From the NCBI RefSeq assembly GCF_963921235.1, contig NC_086101.1, positions 79,794,001 through 79,858,000 on the forward strand: 64,000 nt of DNA. Direction: 5' to 3'. The notes under the pieces were generated by a model that saw only the letters and a program-made list of their open reading frames with translations, did no database searches and had not been told where the DNA came from. Source of the DNA: Mobula hypostoma. Its lineage: Eukaryota. The position numbers and the translations under genes are program-made. Positions 63,705-64,000 of this stretch are shown piece by piece; within the stretch, counting starts at the first letter, position 1; each line of letters opens with the position of its first letter.

Positions 63705-64000
63705 AGCAGGTTCATTATCACTAGCATATGTTGAGAAATTAGTTGCTTTGTGGCAGCAAGACAGTGCAAGGCATAAAAGTTTACCACGAGTTACAATACG
63801 AGATTAAAAAAAATAGTGCATAAAGAGAGCAAAAAATGAGGTAGCTTTCATGGCTTCATGCTCCATTCAGCAAGCTGATGGTGGAGTGGAGAAACTGTGC
63901 CTTTAGGCTCCTGTACCTCTTCCATGAGAAGAAGGCATGTCCTGGACGGTGAGGGTCTTTCATGATGAATGGCACCTTCTCGAGGCATCGCCTATAGAAG
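63705..64000 (-). mobile_element. Rex1-type 3-prime end, runs off window
   Basis: Reverse complement of the KDPH.PGHAFFS region and the tail family. Confidence 0.7.

Overview
Vertebrate genomic DNA, most likely from a cartilaginous fish (ray or shark), judged from the repeat families: CR1 LINEs with (CATAGAAA)n-type tails, Rex1/Babar LINEs, V-SINEs, Penelope-derived palindromes, Tc1, hAT and BEL/Pao. The only host coding sequence I can support is the 55-nt first coding exon of activin receptor type-2A (ACVR2A) on the minus strand at 45812-45866, which the ORF track misses. Its CpG-rich promoter with CCAAT and TGATTGACA motifs is at about 46250-46700. I did not find exon 2, so 1-45811 is probably intron 1 and 46700-64000 is upstream intergenic DNA. 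Nearly all ORFs in the track are TE remnants or chance ORFs. The most notable non-annotated structures are Penelope-type minimal hammerhead ribozyme cores in a 69-bp-arm palindrome inside the intron, three upstream ORFs in the presumed ACVR2A leader, an LTR-plus-PBS fragment that resembles captured plus-strand strong-stop DNA, and several multi-level TE nests with readable target-site duplications. I found no prokaryotic-type system and no CRISPR array. Family assignments come from motif recognition without database searches, and boundaries of decayed repeats are approximate.
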